The notes below the pieces were generated by a model. That model had not been told where the DNA came from. It worked only from the letters and a program-made list of their open reading frames with translations, and did not search any database. From an uncultured Methanosarcinales archaeon (GTDB lineage: Archaea; Nanobdellota; Nanobdellia; Woesearchaeales; GW2011-AR9): a stretch of DNA of 64,000 nt. The stretch's first letter is position 1; every line of letters begins with the position of its first letter. The position numbers were made by a program, and so were the translations under genes. Shown here one piece after another: positions 1 to 9,332 of the stretch. The stretch is taken from contig CAYSWQ010000003.1 in assembly GCA_964434885.1 (NCBI GenBank), positions 6,882 through 70,881 of the forward strand, given 5' to 3'.

Positions 1-197
1 GGATTTCTTAAGTAGTTGATCCAGTTTTGTATTTTATCTTTGCCATCATAGAACATAAAGAATGCCGCAGTACAAGCAATCACTGTGCCAATCGTTCCTG
101 AAATTTCAATCGGCAAATTGGTTTTGAAGATGATTAGAAAGATTAGCAGAAACGCTGGAAAAGCATAAGCTAACTGGACAAAAGTTAGGCCAAACAT
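1..197 (-). CDS. Partial membrane protein; N-terminal part only, gene continues beyond window start
   Basis: Minus-strand ATG at 197-195 opens a hydrophobic reading frame that runs to position 1 with no stop. Next gene in the same direction after the 704-aa membrane protein. Confidence 0.3.
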   Translation of the reverse strand, partial: MFGLTFVQLAYAFPAFLLIFLIIFKTNLPIEISGTIGTVIACTAAFFMFYDGKDKIQNWINYLRN

Positions 198-243
198 TAT
201 TTTTTCTTTATGTTTCAGTTCTGGAGGGATATCATACGCCAAC

Positions 244-2319
244 CTAAATCACCATTTTAATATATTTTGCTGCCTGTTGAATATCTTGTTTAATTCCTGA
301 GAAAGCTGATCTCTTCAAAGTAAATTTAATGCTTAACCATAACGTGTAGTCAATTATCAGGAAACAAACAATCATCACCATAATCTTAGTATTAGCAAAT
401 AATGGAATTTTGATAATCATAGAGCAGGCTAAGATTATCAATAAATCAAAAAAAGTGATGAAGATAAAAATACCTAATAAGTGAAGTAGGAATTTACCAT
501 AGCTTCTTAACGGTGGGATAAAATAGCAAAACAAAGCTAAAGGGAAAATCACCACCCCAAAACAAGCTACAATGTATCTCAAGACTAACATTAACGATGT
601 AATTAATAGAGTAAACAAATAAGAACCAGCATAAACAAACTGCAGTCCAATATTAACTATGTTGTCAGCTGTCAACATGAAAAACTTAGGATCAATCAAG
701 TTAATGATTCCACTATTCAGAATCGTGCTTAAACTCAAAACCACATCATAGATGTAAAAGGAGGCTTGAATCAGAATAATCATCAAGAAAGCATCTTTCA
801 ACATGTCCTTAGCATAAGCTCTTTTGACTGGATCAGCATTACTAACTAAGAAAACTGATCCCGCATAGATGAACAGGAAAATGTAGAAGAAACTTAAGAT
901 GTATCTAATTACTGACCATACGCCATGAAAAATATCTATTGAAGGTTCTGCAGTTAATAATTTCTGAACTGCTAGAAGCAGAGGCAACAAAGGAGCATTG
1001 ATTACTACTAAAATATATTCATAAATTTTCTCAGGTAGACAAGAAGCAATATTTGTTATTCCGCATTCTTTTTGTTGCTGCGGACTAGCAGCAATAACAA
1101 CAGGAACACATAATAAGAGAATCAGCAAAACTGGAATAATTATTTTCTTGAACTGTGATCTTGCTAATCTGTAAATAAGATAGATTAATAGAATAAATGT
1201 AAGCAAGTAAAAAAGTAAATTAAGGTCAGCATTTTTCCCATTGATATTTAGCTTGTCAACTTTCTCCTGGTTAACTGTTAAATTACAGCCGGAAGTAAAA
1301 TTGTAAAAGTGGTTAAAAGCAAATAGATTGCACTGGTCAGTGTTTTTGACATAAAAAGTATTTTGGTCTAGATAAACATTATTTTGTGTGACACGGGTGA
1401 AATTATGGCTTCTGAGATAAGCAAGATAATAAGGTTTCTTGTCAAAGACCAAATCATAATAATGGTTTTGAAATGTTAGGTAAGAGTTATTAAAACTCAA
1501 CTTGAAAAAAGCATAATTATTTACTTTTAAAATTCCTTTAGTGGTGTTGTAGTATTGGTTGATGATCCTTAAGTTAGCTGTTGGTTTTACTTTGTAATAC
1601 TCAACCTCCTTTCCCCCAGAAATATTAATGTGGTCTGGCTGGTAGTTAGAATACCAATAATCACAAGTGTAACAATACTTCTTACATTTCTGACCATACC
1701 ATTTGCAACAGTACTTATTCCATTGATAATGATCTACTTTAATGTTGGTGTCAATATCTAACTTGACTTTGATCTTGCCGTCAGAATTAATTGAAATGTT
1801 ACTGAACTTTTTGTTATCTTGATATTGGTTGTTAAAATAGTATTTCAGTTTAGCTTCGTTCTGGATTAACTGGTAAGTTCTTCTACAATCTCCTTGGCTA
1901 GTGTGAGGATAGTAGGGTGATTGATAATTCAAAGGAACATAAACATAATAGTGGAATTCACTCAAGGCTTTAGTTTTGATAGGAACATACAAAGTTTTAT
2001 TTTCATAAACGGAAGGGAAAATTGCTAACAAACTCAACCAGGCACTTCTGATTGTATGAGAATTGTAAACTGTTGTGTTATCAGGTGGGAAGTTAACAAT
2101 TATTCCTGTGTTGTATTTTTCAACAAAAGAATAGTCAGGAATAATACTCTTGTTATAGAGCAAAGAGGAATAAATCTTATCCTTTTGCGATTCGGTTAAG
2201 TTTGAATTGGTTATATTTTGACAATAAACTGGATCATTAGTTAACTGACAGTTAAAAGAAAATACAAATGGGAGCAATAGTAAGACCATTGCTCCCAAAA
2301 TAAAAATTGTTTTCTTCAT
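244..2319 (-). CDS. Large polytopic membrane protein: signal peptide, Cys-rich extracellular N-domain, about 12 C-terminal TM helices (VirB6/CedA-like topology, function unknown)
   Basis: ORF 244..2358. The likely true start is the internal M of MKKTIFILGAMVLLLLP at 2319, which makes an ATGA overlap with the upstream gene's stop. N-terminal half is hydrophilic with many Cys/Tyr/Asn. C-terminal half is almost all hydrophobic helices. Confidence 0.5.
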   Translation of the reverse strand: MKKTIFILGAMVLLLLPFVFSFNCQLTNDPVYCQNITNSNLTESQKDKIYSSLLYNKSIIPDYSFVEKYNTGIIVNFPPDNTTVYNSHTIRSAWLSLLAIFPSVYENKTLYVPIKTKALSEFHYYVYVPLNYQSPYYPHTSQGDCRRTYQLIQNEAKLKYYFNNQYQDNKKFSNISINSDGKIKVKLDIDTNIKVDHYQWNKYCCKWYGQKCKKYCYTCDYWYSNYQPDHINISGGKEVEYYKVKPTANLRIINQYYNTTKGILKVNNYAFFKLSFNNSYLTFQNHYYDLVFDKKPYYLAYLRSHNFTRVTQNNVYLDQNTFYVKNTDQCNLFAFNHFYNFTSGCNLTVNQEKVDKLNINGKNADLNLLFYLLTFILLIYLIYRLARSQFKKIIIPVLLILLLCVPVVIAASPQQQKECGITNIASCLPEKIYEYILVVINAPLLPLLLAVQKLLTAEPSIDIFHGVWSVIRYILSFFYIFLFIYAGSVFLVSNADPVKRAYAKDMLKDAFLMIILIQASFYIYDVVLSLSTILNSGIINLIDPKFFMLTADNIVNIGLQFVYAGSYLFTLLITSLMLVLRYIVACFGVVIFPLALFCYFIPPLRSYGKFLLHLLGIFIFITFFDLLIILACSMIIKIPLFANTKIMVMIVCFLIIDYTLWLSIKFTLKRSAFSGIKQDIQQAAKYIKMVI

Positions 2320-2321
2320 TT

Positions 2322-2645
2322 TCAGAAGATGTATTGAACAACCAAAGGCGCAATCCAAATTACTATCAAACCAATGATAACTCCCACGGCCATGTTCTTG
2401 GCTCGCTCTTTCTTTGCGTTGTCTCCACCAGCAGTCAAAAATGCTACTCCAGCAAATACCAAGACCAAAACCCCGATAACCGTAGCTGCGTACTTAATGA
2501 AGTTGTAAATCTTCATTATTGGACTTAGTATTGCATCAAACTGCTTTTCATCTTCTTTACTTATTGTTCCGTTAAACTCAATCTTAGCTAACACTAAAGG
2601 GGTAGCTAAGATAAGTAACAGAAGCAAAATTGGCGCCAATTTCAT
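2322..2645 (-). CDS. Small secreted/membrane protein, signal peptide plus two hydrophobic segments (TrbC/VirB2-pilin-like topology)
   Basis: MKLAPILLLLLILATPLVLA signal. GGDNAKKERAK loop between two TM helices. 4-nt overlaps with both neighbours. Confidence 0.45.
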   Translation of the reverse strand: MKLAPILLLLLILATPLVLAKIEFNGTISKEDEKQFDAILSPIMKIYNFIKYAATVIGVLVLVFAGVAFLTAGGDNAKKERAKNMAVGVIIGLIVIWIAPLVVQYIF

Positions 2646-2953
2646 TCTGTTTCACCTCCAATATTTTTATCATTTGAGAATAAATTTCTAAAACCAACAA
2701 CTTCGGGTGGGTCAAGTCTTTCGATTTTAGTTTCAGTTTTTAGTTTGGTTTTTGTTCTTCTGAAACGTCTTGGTTTTAACTTGTAGTAAATCAAGGCAAT
2801 TGACAAGTAAATAAATAATACAAAAACCCCTAACAACATCATGACAACTAAGCCTAACTTGTTCATCCCTAATTCATAAGAAAAAATAAGACTTAAAGGT
2901 AAATAAATACAAAGAAATGCCAAACTAACAATTAATTCTTTTGCTGCGTTCAT
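2642..2953 (-). CDS. Small 2-TM membrane protein with basic cytoplasmic tail (VirB3-like size and topology)
   Basis: Two N-terminal TM helices, then KPRRFRRTKTKLK. Start overlaps the methyltransferase stop (ATGA). Confidence 0.4.
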   Translation of the reverse strand: MNAAKELIVSLAFLCIYLPLSLIFSYELGMNKLGLVVMMLLGVFVLFIYLSIALIYYKLKPRRFRRTKTKLKTETKIERLDPPEVVGFRNLFSNDKNIGGETE

Positions 2954-3879
2954 TTTGATTCAACCTCTATGATTTGTTTAGCAATGGCTTCCGCCATCAA
3001 GGGCGGAACAGCATTGCCAATTTGTTTAACCATGTCATTTTTAGGACCACAGAATTCAAAACTATCAGGAAAACTTTGTAATCGAGCAAGTTCACGAGGT
3101 GTTAAGAACCGGTGATAGAAAGGATGAATATAGATCGGACTAGTGACTATAGTCTTACTTTGTCCGTAAGCATAAAGTCTACACCTACAGAAATTAAAAG
3201 TCTTGGACAATCTTCCGCCTTGAGGCAAACATTTGATTTTAGATAAAATTTCAGGAGAAGTATTAAACCAAACATGCCCATTCAAGCCATTTGGTCTTAA
3301 AGGCAAATCTCCGATTGCTTCAATTACGGTTTTCTTCTTACCAAATGGTTTAGGAAACAAATCTAATTTCTTAGCAATGATGATAACTCGTTCACGATTT
3401 TGAGGAACCCCATAATCTGCAGCATTCAAAATTCGGTAACTTACAGAATAATTTAACTTGATTAGTTCGTGAATAATCTTGTTAATAATTTTCTCTTGAT
3501 CATAATCTTTCATTGATAAAATTCCAGTAACATTTTCAATCACCACAATCTTGGGTCTAATAATACTAACAATCCGAAGAAATTCTTTGTACAACTGGTT
3601 TCTTTTATCTTTGGGATTTCTTTTTCCACAGATAGAAAACCCTTGGCATGGTGGACCACCAACAATAATGTCAACTTTACCTTTCAATTCAGAAAGTTCT
3701 TTACTGCCGATACTGGTTATGTCTGCACAAAAGCACTGTGATCCAGGGTGGTTTTTAAGAAATGTTGTTACTGCTGGCTTCCACCATTCCACACAACCAA
3801 GGATGTTGCAACCTGCTCTTTGAAAACCATGACTAAACCCACCGCAGCCTGCGAACAGGTCGAGAACATTTAATGTCAT
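2950..3879 (-). CDS. DNA (cytosine-5)-methyltransferase
   Basis: Motif I LDLFAGCGG. Motif IV GGPPCQGFS. Motif VI ENV. Motif X QIGNAVPP. 309 aa. Confidence 0.9.
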   Translation of the reverse strand: MTLNVLDLFAGCGGFSHGFQRAGCNILGCVEWWKPAVTTFLKNHPGSQCFCADITSIGSKELSELKGKVDIIVGGPPCQGFSICGKRNPKDKRNQLYKEFLRIVSIIRPKIVVIENVTGILSMKDYDQEKIINKIIHELIKLNYSVSYRILNAADYGVPQNRERVIIIAKKLDLFPKPFGKKKTVIEAIGDLPLRPNGLNGHVWFNTSPEILSKIKCLPQGGRLSKTFNFCRCRLYAYGQSKTIVTSPIYIHPFYHRFLTPRELARLQSFPDSFEFCGPKNDMVKQIGNAVPPLMAEAIAKQIIEVESK

Positions 3880-4019
3880 TTGTTTAACCTCTCGTATTCT
3901 CTAAGAATTTGTTCTCGTCTGTTTTTTGAGTATTTGTAGAGATAATACTGAAAACATACTCTACAATACTTCACCTCTTTTTCCCCTAATGGTTTTCCGC
4001 AGATTCGACACTTTGCCAT
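3876..4019 (-). CDS. 47-aa C4 zinc-ribbon protein, translationally coupled to the methyltransferase
   Basis: Hand translation gives MAKCRICGKPLGEKEVKYCRVCFQYYLYKYSKNRREQILREYERLNK with CxxC..CxxC. Its TGA stop overlaps the MTase ATG (ATGA). Not in the ORF track (<60 aa). Confidence 0.4.
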   Translation of the reverse strand: MAKCRICGKPLGEKEVKYCRVCFQYYLYKYSKNRREQILREYERLNK

Positions 4020-4446
4020 AGAATACTTAATAGTGGAGATAATATTTGAATGTCCTTAACATCTGAACTATATCTAATATATATCTTAGAAAAATCTGTG
4101 GGACTATAATTTTCTCAAAAAAGTAATTTTAGAATTTCTTGTACGTAATACGTTTAGAAGCCCGTAAATTGCGTAAAAAAAGAGGTGATTTTATATATTA
4201 CTTAGGCATATTTATATTATATTGGCACGTAAGTTAAGTAAAGTGTCTTACGGGACGCTGTGGGTCGTGCCAATTTTCAGATTTTTGAGTTTTAAGCTTA
4301 GAAACCTAGCCCGTTAACGTGCTTTACTATCATAAAGTGCATTCTTAGGTATTTTGGGGTTTGAGTGGGTTTAAATTAAGATATTTTGATTACCGTAAAG
4401 AGATAAGTTGTAGTTATTTAATGGTGGTTGTTTTTATAAAATGATA

Positions 4447-4474
4447 AGTGGACAAGTGGACAAGTGCAGGTAGA
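4447..4474 (+). promoter_or_regulatory. Tandem direct-repeat promoter element GTGGACAA-GTGGACAA-GTGCAGGTAG immediately upstream of a TATA-like box (hef promoter)
   Basis: Sequence aaGTGGACAAGTGGACAAGTGCAGGTAGaatatataaata. Near-identical elements at 12782-12808 and 14578-14606, each abutting a TATA-like box. Confidence 0.5.
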
Positions 4475-4514
4475 ATATATAAATAAGTTAATTCTCGATA
4501 AGATAACTATAACA

Positions 4515-6713
4515 ATGTTAAAAGATTTTACTCCTCGTTTGTATCAGCAAACTATTTTAGGAACGATTGTGAGAAAGAACACCTTAGTAGTTTTACCAAC
4601 TGGAATGGGAAAAACAGCATTAGCTTTTATGTTAGCGGCGCAAAGATTGAGGCAATATCCAAATTCTAAAATATTGTTGTTGGCCCCAACTAAACCTCTT
4701 TGTGAACAGCACAGGAATAGTTTTCGAAAATACTTAGATATTGAAGAAGAAAGAATTGTTTTATTTACTGGACATGTTAAGCCGGAAAAGAGAGCAGAAT
4801 TATGGAAAACTGCCCAAGTGATTATTAGTACTCCCCAAGGTTTGGAAAATGACATCATCAATAGAAAAATTGATTTGAGAGAAGTTAGTTTGTTAACTTT
4901 AGATGAGATCCATCATGCTACAGGAGATTATAGTTATGTGTGGGTTGCTAAACAATATGTTAAAATGGCTAAATTTCCACGGGTTTTGGGTTTAACTGCT
5001 TCTCCTGGTTCAGATATGGAAAAGATTAAAGAAGTTTGTCAAAACACATATATTGAAGAAGTTGAAGTTAGAACCAATAAAGACCCAGATGTTAAACCTT
5101 ATGTTCAAGAAGTGAAACAAGAATGGGTCAAAGTGAATTTACCTCCAGAGTTTGTGGAGATTAAGAAATTTTTAGAGGATTGTTATAAAAGTAAATTGAA
5201 ACAAATTCTAGAGTTGGGTTATTGTAATCATATAGGTTTAAATAAAATTGAGTTGATTAAATTACAAGGTCATTTGCAAGGAAGAATTTCTAGAGGAGAA
5301 AGAGAAATGCCAATTTTAAAATCGGTTTCTTTGTTAGCGGAAGCATTGAAAGTTCAGCACGGTTTAGAATTGTTAGAAACCCAAGGAGTAAAAGCAGTGT
5401 TTTCTTACTTAAATCGGTTACAAAAAGAATCTTATTCTACTAAAGTGAAAGCAGTTCGTAATTTAGCTAGAGATGTTAATTTTAAATCGGCCTTGGTTTT
5501 GGTCAATAGTTTGGTTGAGAAAAAGATTGAACATCCCAAATTAACTAAATTAAAAGAACTAGTTAGAGAAGAAGTGAAGAGAGATGATGCACGAATAATT
5601 ATCTTTACTCAATTTAGGGATTCTGGTTCTGAGATTGTGGAAGAATTAAATAAAATTGAAAATGTGATGGCCCAATTATTTGTGGGACAAAGTAAAAAAA
5701 GTGGTACTGGATTAAGTCAAAAAAAACAAAAAGAAGTTCTGGATGATTTTCGAGAAGGGCAGTTTAATATCTTGGTGGCTACTTCAGTAGGAGAAGAAGG
5801 CCTAGATGTCCCTTCAGTAGATTTAGTAATTTTTCATGAACCAGTTCCTAGTGCGATTAGAACTATTCAAAGAGCAGGAAGAACTGGTCGTTTAGAAAAA
5901 GGAAGAGTTATGGTCTTGATGACTAAAGGAACAAGAGATGAAGGTTATCGTTGGAGTGCTTTTCATAAAGAAAAAAGAATGTATGGTGATTTGGAAAAGA
6001 TCAAAAAAGGTTTTTCTTTGAAAGAAAACCCAATAGTTACTTTAGAAAAATTCATCCCAAAAGAACAAGAAGTTTTGATTTTAGCAGACCATCGAGAAAA
6101 AGGAGGAAGAGTAGTCAAGGAATTAATTGATTTGGGAATTAATTTAGAATTAAAACAATTAGAAAGTGCAGACTATATCTTAAGTGGTCGGGTGGGGGTA
6201 GAGAAAAAAGGAATTTATGATTTTGTATCTTCAATAGTTGATGGCAGATTGTTGGAACAAGTTAAATATTTAAAACAAAATTTTGAAAAATGTTTGGTGG
6301 TCGTGGAAGGAGAAGAAGATATTTATTCTGTCCGGAAAGTTCATGCTAATGCAATACGTGGGATGTTGGCGGCAATTACTATTGGATATGGGGTTCCTGT
6401 TTTATATACTAAAAATGCTAAAGATACAGCCGGCCTTTTATCTGTTATTGCTAAAAGAGAGCAGGACAAAGGCAGAGATTATTCTTTGCATGAACGTAAA
6501 CCAATTTCTTTGAAAGAACAGCAAGAATTTATTGTTTCTGCTTTTCCTGGAATTGGTTTGAACACAGCAAAGATTTTGTTGGAACATTTTGGAAGTGTTG
6601 AAAAATTAGTTGGTTCTTCTTTAGCAGAATTACGAGAAATAGAAGGGATTGGAGAAAAGATTTCTTGTAAAATAAAAGAAGTTTTAGAAGCAAAATATGT
6701 TGTTGATAAATAA
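4515..6713 (+). CDS. hef: Hef: helicase-associated endonuclease for fork-structured DNA (SF2 helicase + XPF/ERCC4 nuclease + tandem HhH)
   Basis: LPTGMGKT (Walker A). DEIHHATG (DExH). HEPVPSAIRTIQRAGRTGR (motif VI). C-terminal ILADHREKGG (ERCC4 nuclease). FPGIGLNTAKILLEHFGS...IEGIGEKI (HhH2). ORF opens at 4464 but the conserved start is probably MLKDFTPRLYQ at 4515. Confidence 0.85.
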   Translation: MLKDFTPRLYQQTILGTIVRKNTLVVLPTGMGKTALAFMLAAQRLRQYPNSKILLLAPTKPLCEQHRNSFRKYLDIEEERIVLFTGHVKPEKRAELWKTAQVIISTPQGLENDIINRKIDLREVSLLTLDEIHHATGDYSYVWVAKQYVKMAKFPRVLGLTASPGSDMEKIKEVCQNTYIEEVEVRTNKDPDVKPYVQEVKQEWVKVNLPPEFVEIKKFLEDCYKSKLKQILELGYCNHIGLNKIELIKLQGHLQGRISRGEREMPILKSVSLLAEALKVQHGLELLETQGVKAVFSYLNRLQKESYSTKVKAVRNLARDVNFKSALVLVNSLVEKKIEHPKLTKLKELVREEVKRDDARIIIFTQFRDSGSEIVEELNKIENVMAQLFVGQSKKSGTGLSQKKQKEVLDDFREGQFNILVATSVGEEGLDVPSVDLVIFHEPVPSAIRTIQRAGRTGRLEKGRVMVLMTKGTRDEGYRWSAFHKEKRMYGDLEKIKKGFSLKENPIVTLEKFIPKEQEVLILADHREKGGRVVKELIDLGINLELKQLESADYILSGRVGVEKKGIYDFVSSIVDGRLLEQVKYLKQNFEKCLVVVEGEEDIYSVRKVHANAIRGMLAAITIGYGVPVLYTKNAKDTAGLLSVIAKREQDKGRDYSLHERKPISLKEQQEFIVSAFPGIGLNTAKILLEHFGSVEKLVGSSLAELREIEGIGEKISCKIKEVLEAKYVVDK

Positions 6714-6736
6714 AATAAGAAAAGAAAAATAATAAG

Positions 6737-7201
6737 TTATAATTTTTTTATCTTTTTCAAAAAAACTTTTTCTAATTTTTCAATCTCTCCTAGGGTGTTG
6801 AAAAACAAAGGGTGTCTTTTGTTTTTAGTTTCTATTCTTCCACCATGTAAAAATTTATCCAATTTGAATTGGTTGATTTCTCTATAAGGGACGTAAATCT
6901 TTTTTGATTTTTTTCCTGCTTTTTGGTGGATTGAAATTCCGTGAGCAGATAACTGGTATTCTTCTTTTACCGGGTAAACTCTTTTGAACAGAAAGTTTAT
7001 TCCTAAAAAAACAACAATGAAAATCAATGTTACTACAATAGTGGGGATCCAACTTTGATCAAATGTAGCAAATGAAAATAGAATCACTAAAACCAAAAGA
7101 ATGGATAGTAAAATTGTTTCTGGTTTGAGTAAAAAAACTTTTTCATGAGGGCATTCCCATCGATGTAAGTGTGCTTTTCTCTTTTTATTTTTTTTTGCCA
7201 T
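6737..7201 (-). CDS. Hypothetical membrane protein (basic N-terminus, 2 TM)
   Basis: MAKKNKKRKAHLHRWECPHEK followed by two hydrophobic helices. Confidence 0.35.
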   Translation of the reverse strand: MAKKNKKRKAHLHRWECPHEKVFLLKPETILLSILLVLVILFSFATFDQSWIPTIVVTLIFIVVFLGINFLFKRVYPVKEEYQLSAHGISIHQKAGKKSKKIYVPYREINQFKLDKFLHGGRIETKNKRHPLFFNTLGEIEKLEKVFLKKIKKL

Positions 7202-7202
7202 T

Positions 7203-7439
7203 TTATTTTTTTAGTTGTTTGTTTTTTTGAATGGCCATTATTGGGGCTTTAGCCGTGCTAACTAAAGCAGCAGCAAACATCATGGTAAAGATAATCATAC
7301 AAGCCAAGCCAAAATCTGCACTTACGGGGTAAACATAGTAATAAGATAACAACAATCCAAGAATTGCAGTAACCATAAAACTACTTTTTAAAGGTACTGC
7401 TTGCCAATGTGATACTTTTTTCTTTGGAATTCTAATCAC
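7203..7439 (-). CDS. Small hypothetical membrane protein
   Basis: 78 aa, two TM helices, adjacent to and co-directional with 6737..7201. Confidence 0.3.
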   Translation of the reverse strand: MIRIPKKKVSHWQAVPLKSSFMVTAILGLLLSYYYVYPVSADFGLACMIIFTMMFAAALVSTAKAPIMAIQKNKQLKK

Positions 7440-7463
7440 CTCTTTTCTTTAAGAATAATATAT

Positions 7464-8585
7464 TTATTTATAATCTTTTTGTTTATAAAGATATTTGTCG
7501 ATTAATTTTTCAGCTTGAAGTCTTTTCTTTTGGTGGTTGGCTAAGAAAGAATTAATTTTTTCTATCAAAATTGCCTTTAATTCACCACTAAGTAATTTCC
7601 CAGATTTGTAATCTTTGTAAACTTGCTCCAATTTTTTGTCATCTTCTTCAAAATACTTTAGCCATTGATATGAAACATCAATTTTGGGATTACCTCCTTT
7701 TTTGCGGTGTTCTTCAATTGTTGATTGGCCACCAGAGAATGCATGTTTGTTTATTTTCTTTTTAACTACTTTAGGAGTATCAGTAGTCAAGATGGCATGT
7801 TCTGCAGCAGTAGTGCTCATTTTTCCTTCTAGACCAGTGATAGGGGGCATGAATTTAGCGTGAAGAATGGCTGGTTTGTGATGACCTAATTTTTCTACTA
7901 CATCTCTACTAATCCTAAAGTGGGGGTCTTGATCAATACCCAAGGGAATAAGACAGGGTTTTTTGGTGTTATTTAAAACATTAGGAAGAAAAACTGGAAC
8001 TGTTTGCATAGAAGTGTAAAAAATACTACCTATATTATTGGAATCTTTAAATCCAAAAGCTGCTTTGATAGTTGAAAAGGTAATTTTTTTAGCTACTTTA
8101 ATTGCTTCTGGATACATTATTCCGGCATGTTTGGTGTTGATAAGAAAATGGGTTCTTTTGGGATCAAAACCTAAAGCGATAACATCTAGCATGTTTTCTT
8201 TAGTCCACTCTTGAATTTCCTGATAAGATTTTTTTTTGAACAAAAACTTTTCATCATCAGTAAATTGAAACCACAAATCTACTTTGAATGTGTCTTGAAG
8301 CCATTTAGTAAATATCCAAGTAGCAAGATGTCCCAAGTGGATTGGGCCAGAAGGGCCACAACCAGTATAAAGAAAAAACTTGTTGCCTTTTTCATATTCA
8401 TCTAAACACCACTTTAGATCTCGATGAGCAAAAAATATTCCCCTACGTAAATAAGGATGTATTTCTTTAGTTATTTTTTTGATTCGATTTAAATCTTTAG
8501 AATTGATCTTTTGAATACCAAATTCTTTAACAATGCGATCATAATCAATTTTTCCAGAGACTTCATAAGGATTTACTTTAGACAT
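7464..8585 (-). CDS. trpS: Tryptophanyl-tRNA synthetase (archaeal/eukaryotic type)
   Basis: HIGH-type motif GPSGPIHLGHLATW. KMSKS-type motif GKMSTT. 373 aa. N-terminus PYEVSGKIDYDRIVKEFG is typical of archaeal TrpRS. Confidence 0.8.
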   Translation of the reverse strand: MSKVNPYEVSGKIDYDRIVKEFGIQKINSKDLNRIKKITKEIHPYLRRGIFFAHRDLKWCLDEYEKGNKFFLYTGCGPSGPIHLGHLATWIFTKWLQDTFKVDLWFQFTDDEKFLFKKKSYQEIQEWTKENMLDVIALGFDPKRTHFLINTKHAGIMYPEAIKVAKKITFSTIKAAFGFKDSNNIGSIFYTSMQTVPVFLPNVLNNTKKPCLIPLGIDQDPHFRISRDVVEKLGHHKPAILHAKFMPPITGLEGKMSTTAAEHAILTTDTPKVVKKKINKHAFSGGQSTIEEHRKKGGNPKIDVSYQWLKYFEEDDKKLEQVYKDYKSGKLLSGELKAILIEKINSFLANHQKKRLQAEKLIDKYLYKQKDYK

Positions 8586-8600
8586 AATGTAATGAATTTT

Positions 8601-9332
8601 TTATTGTTTATATATCTTTTTGCTCAATTTTTGATAACAATAGTCTGTTATCCACCTAAGGTTTTCAATATCTTCTTTGTTATAATCAATAAGTAATTCT
8701 AGCCATTCTTTATCTCCAGAAGCATGGAACGCTTTCCATAAATCAACAGGGTTGCCTTTTAATTTGGGGTGTCGAGAGATAGAAAGTTTTTTTTCCACTT
8801 CTTTTAATCCTCCAATCAAATTTAAATTAATACAAAGGGGTTTTAGATCCAAATGGGGCATAGGGAAAGTTAAATTTAATTGTTTTTTTAATTTTGGTAA
8901 GTCAAAGGCGCTGCCATTAAAAGTAATTACAAGTTTGTAATGGGCGAGTTGTTTTTGAAGAATGTTGGTGGTTAAATTTGCTCCATGAACAAAGGTTTTA
9001 GTTTGGTATTCATCTGCTAAACCAACTAAAATTACTTTTCCTTTCGAATCCACTTCAATATCCACATAACAAGTTTCTTCTTTAAAATAATTGTATAATC
9101 TCCAAGTTTCTTTTTGGGGTAAATTTTTTTTGAAATAAGAAGTGTTTTCATTTAAAAGTTGGATTTGGGCTTCTTTAATCTGGCGATCGTAATGGTATTT
9201 TCTTAATTGGGAAATACCTTTAATTTTTTTTGTTTGGAGAAAATTTTGCCAGTCTTTGATACCTTGTTGCCAAAGACTTTGCTCTGTTTTAGTTGATATT
9301 TTGTCTAAAAAAATAAAAGAGTTTCTAATCAT
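8601..9332 (-). CDS. DEDDy-type 3'-5' exonuclease (RNase H-fold, DnaQ/PolB-exo-like)
   Basis: Exo I YVDIEVD. Exo II ITFNGSAFDLPKL. Exo III YNKEDIENL. Confidence 0.5.
   Translation of the reverse strand: MIRNSFIFLDKISTKTEQSLWQQGIKDWQNFLQTKKIKGISQLRKYHYDRQIKEAQIQLLNENTSYFKKNLPQKETWRLYNYFKEETCYVDIEVDSKGKVILVGLADEYQTKTFVHGANLTTNILQKQLAHYKLVITFNGSAFDLPKLKKQLNLTFPMPHLDLKPLCINLNLIGGLKEVEKKLSISRHPKLKGNPVDLWKAFHASGDKEWLELLIDYNKEDIENLRWITDYCYQKLSKKIYKQ

Noticed and set aside
3551-3823. Antisense or alternate-frame ORFs inside well-supported genes (for example 3551..3823 in the MTase, 4544..4861 in hef, 13681..14193 in radA, 27480..28141 and 30513..30848 in the giant gene, 53412..55370 in mcm, 55563..56102 opposite tbp, 63328..63786 in the last surface protein)
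   Set aside because: Each is fully contained in a gene with strong motif support on the other strand or frame. No independent start context or motif. Typical spurious ORFs of an AT-rich genome.
1-4460. Calling the first 4 kb a prophage or integrative element outright
   Set aside because: No integrase, capsid, terminase or ATPase gene and no flanking direct repeats are visible inside the window. The mobile-element idea is kept only as a hypothesis in the findings.
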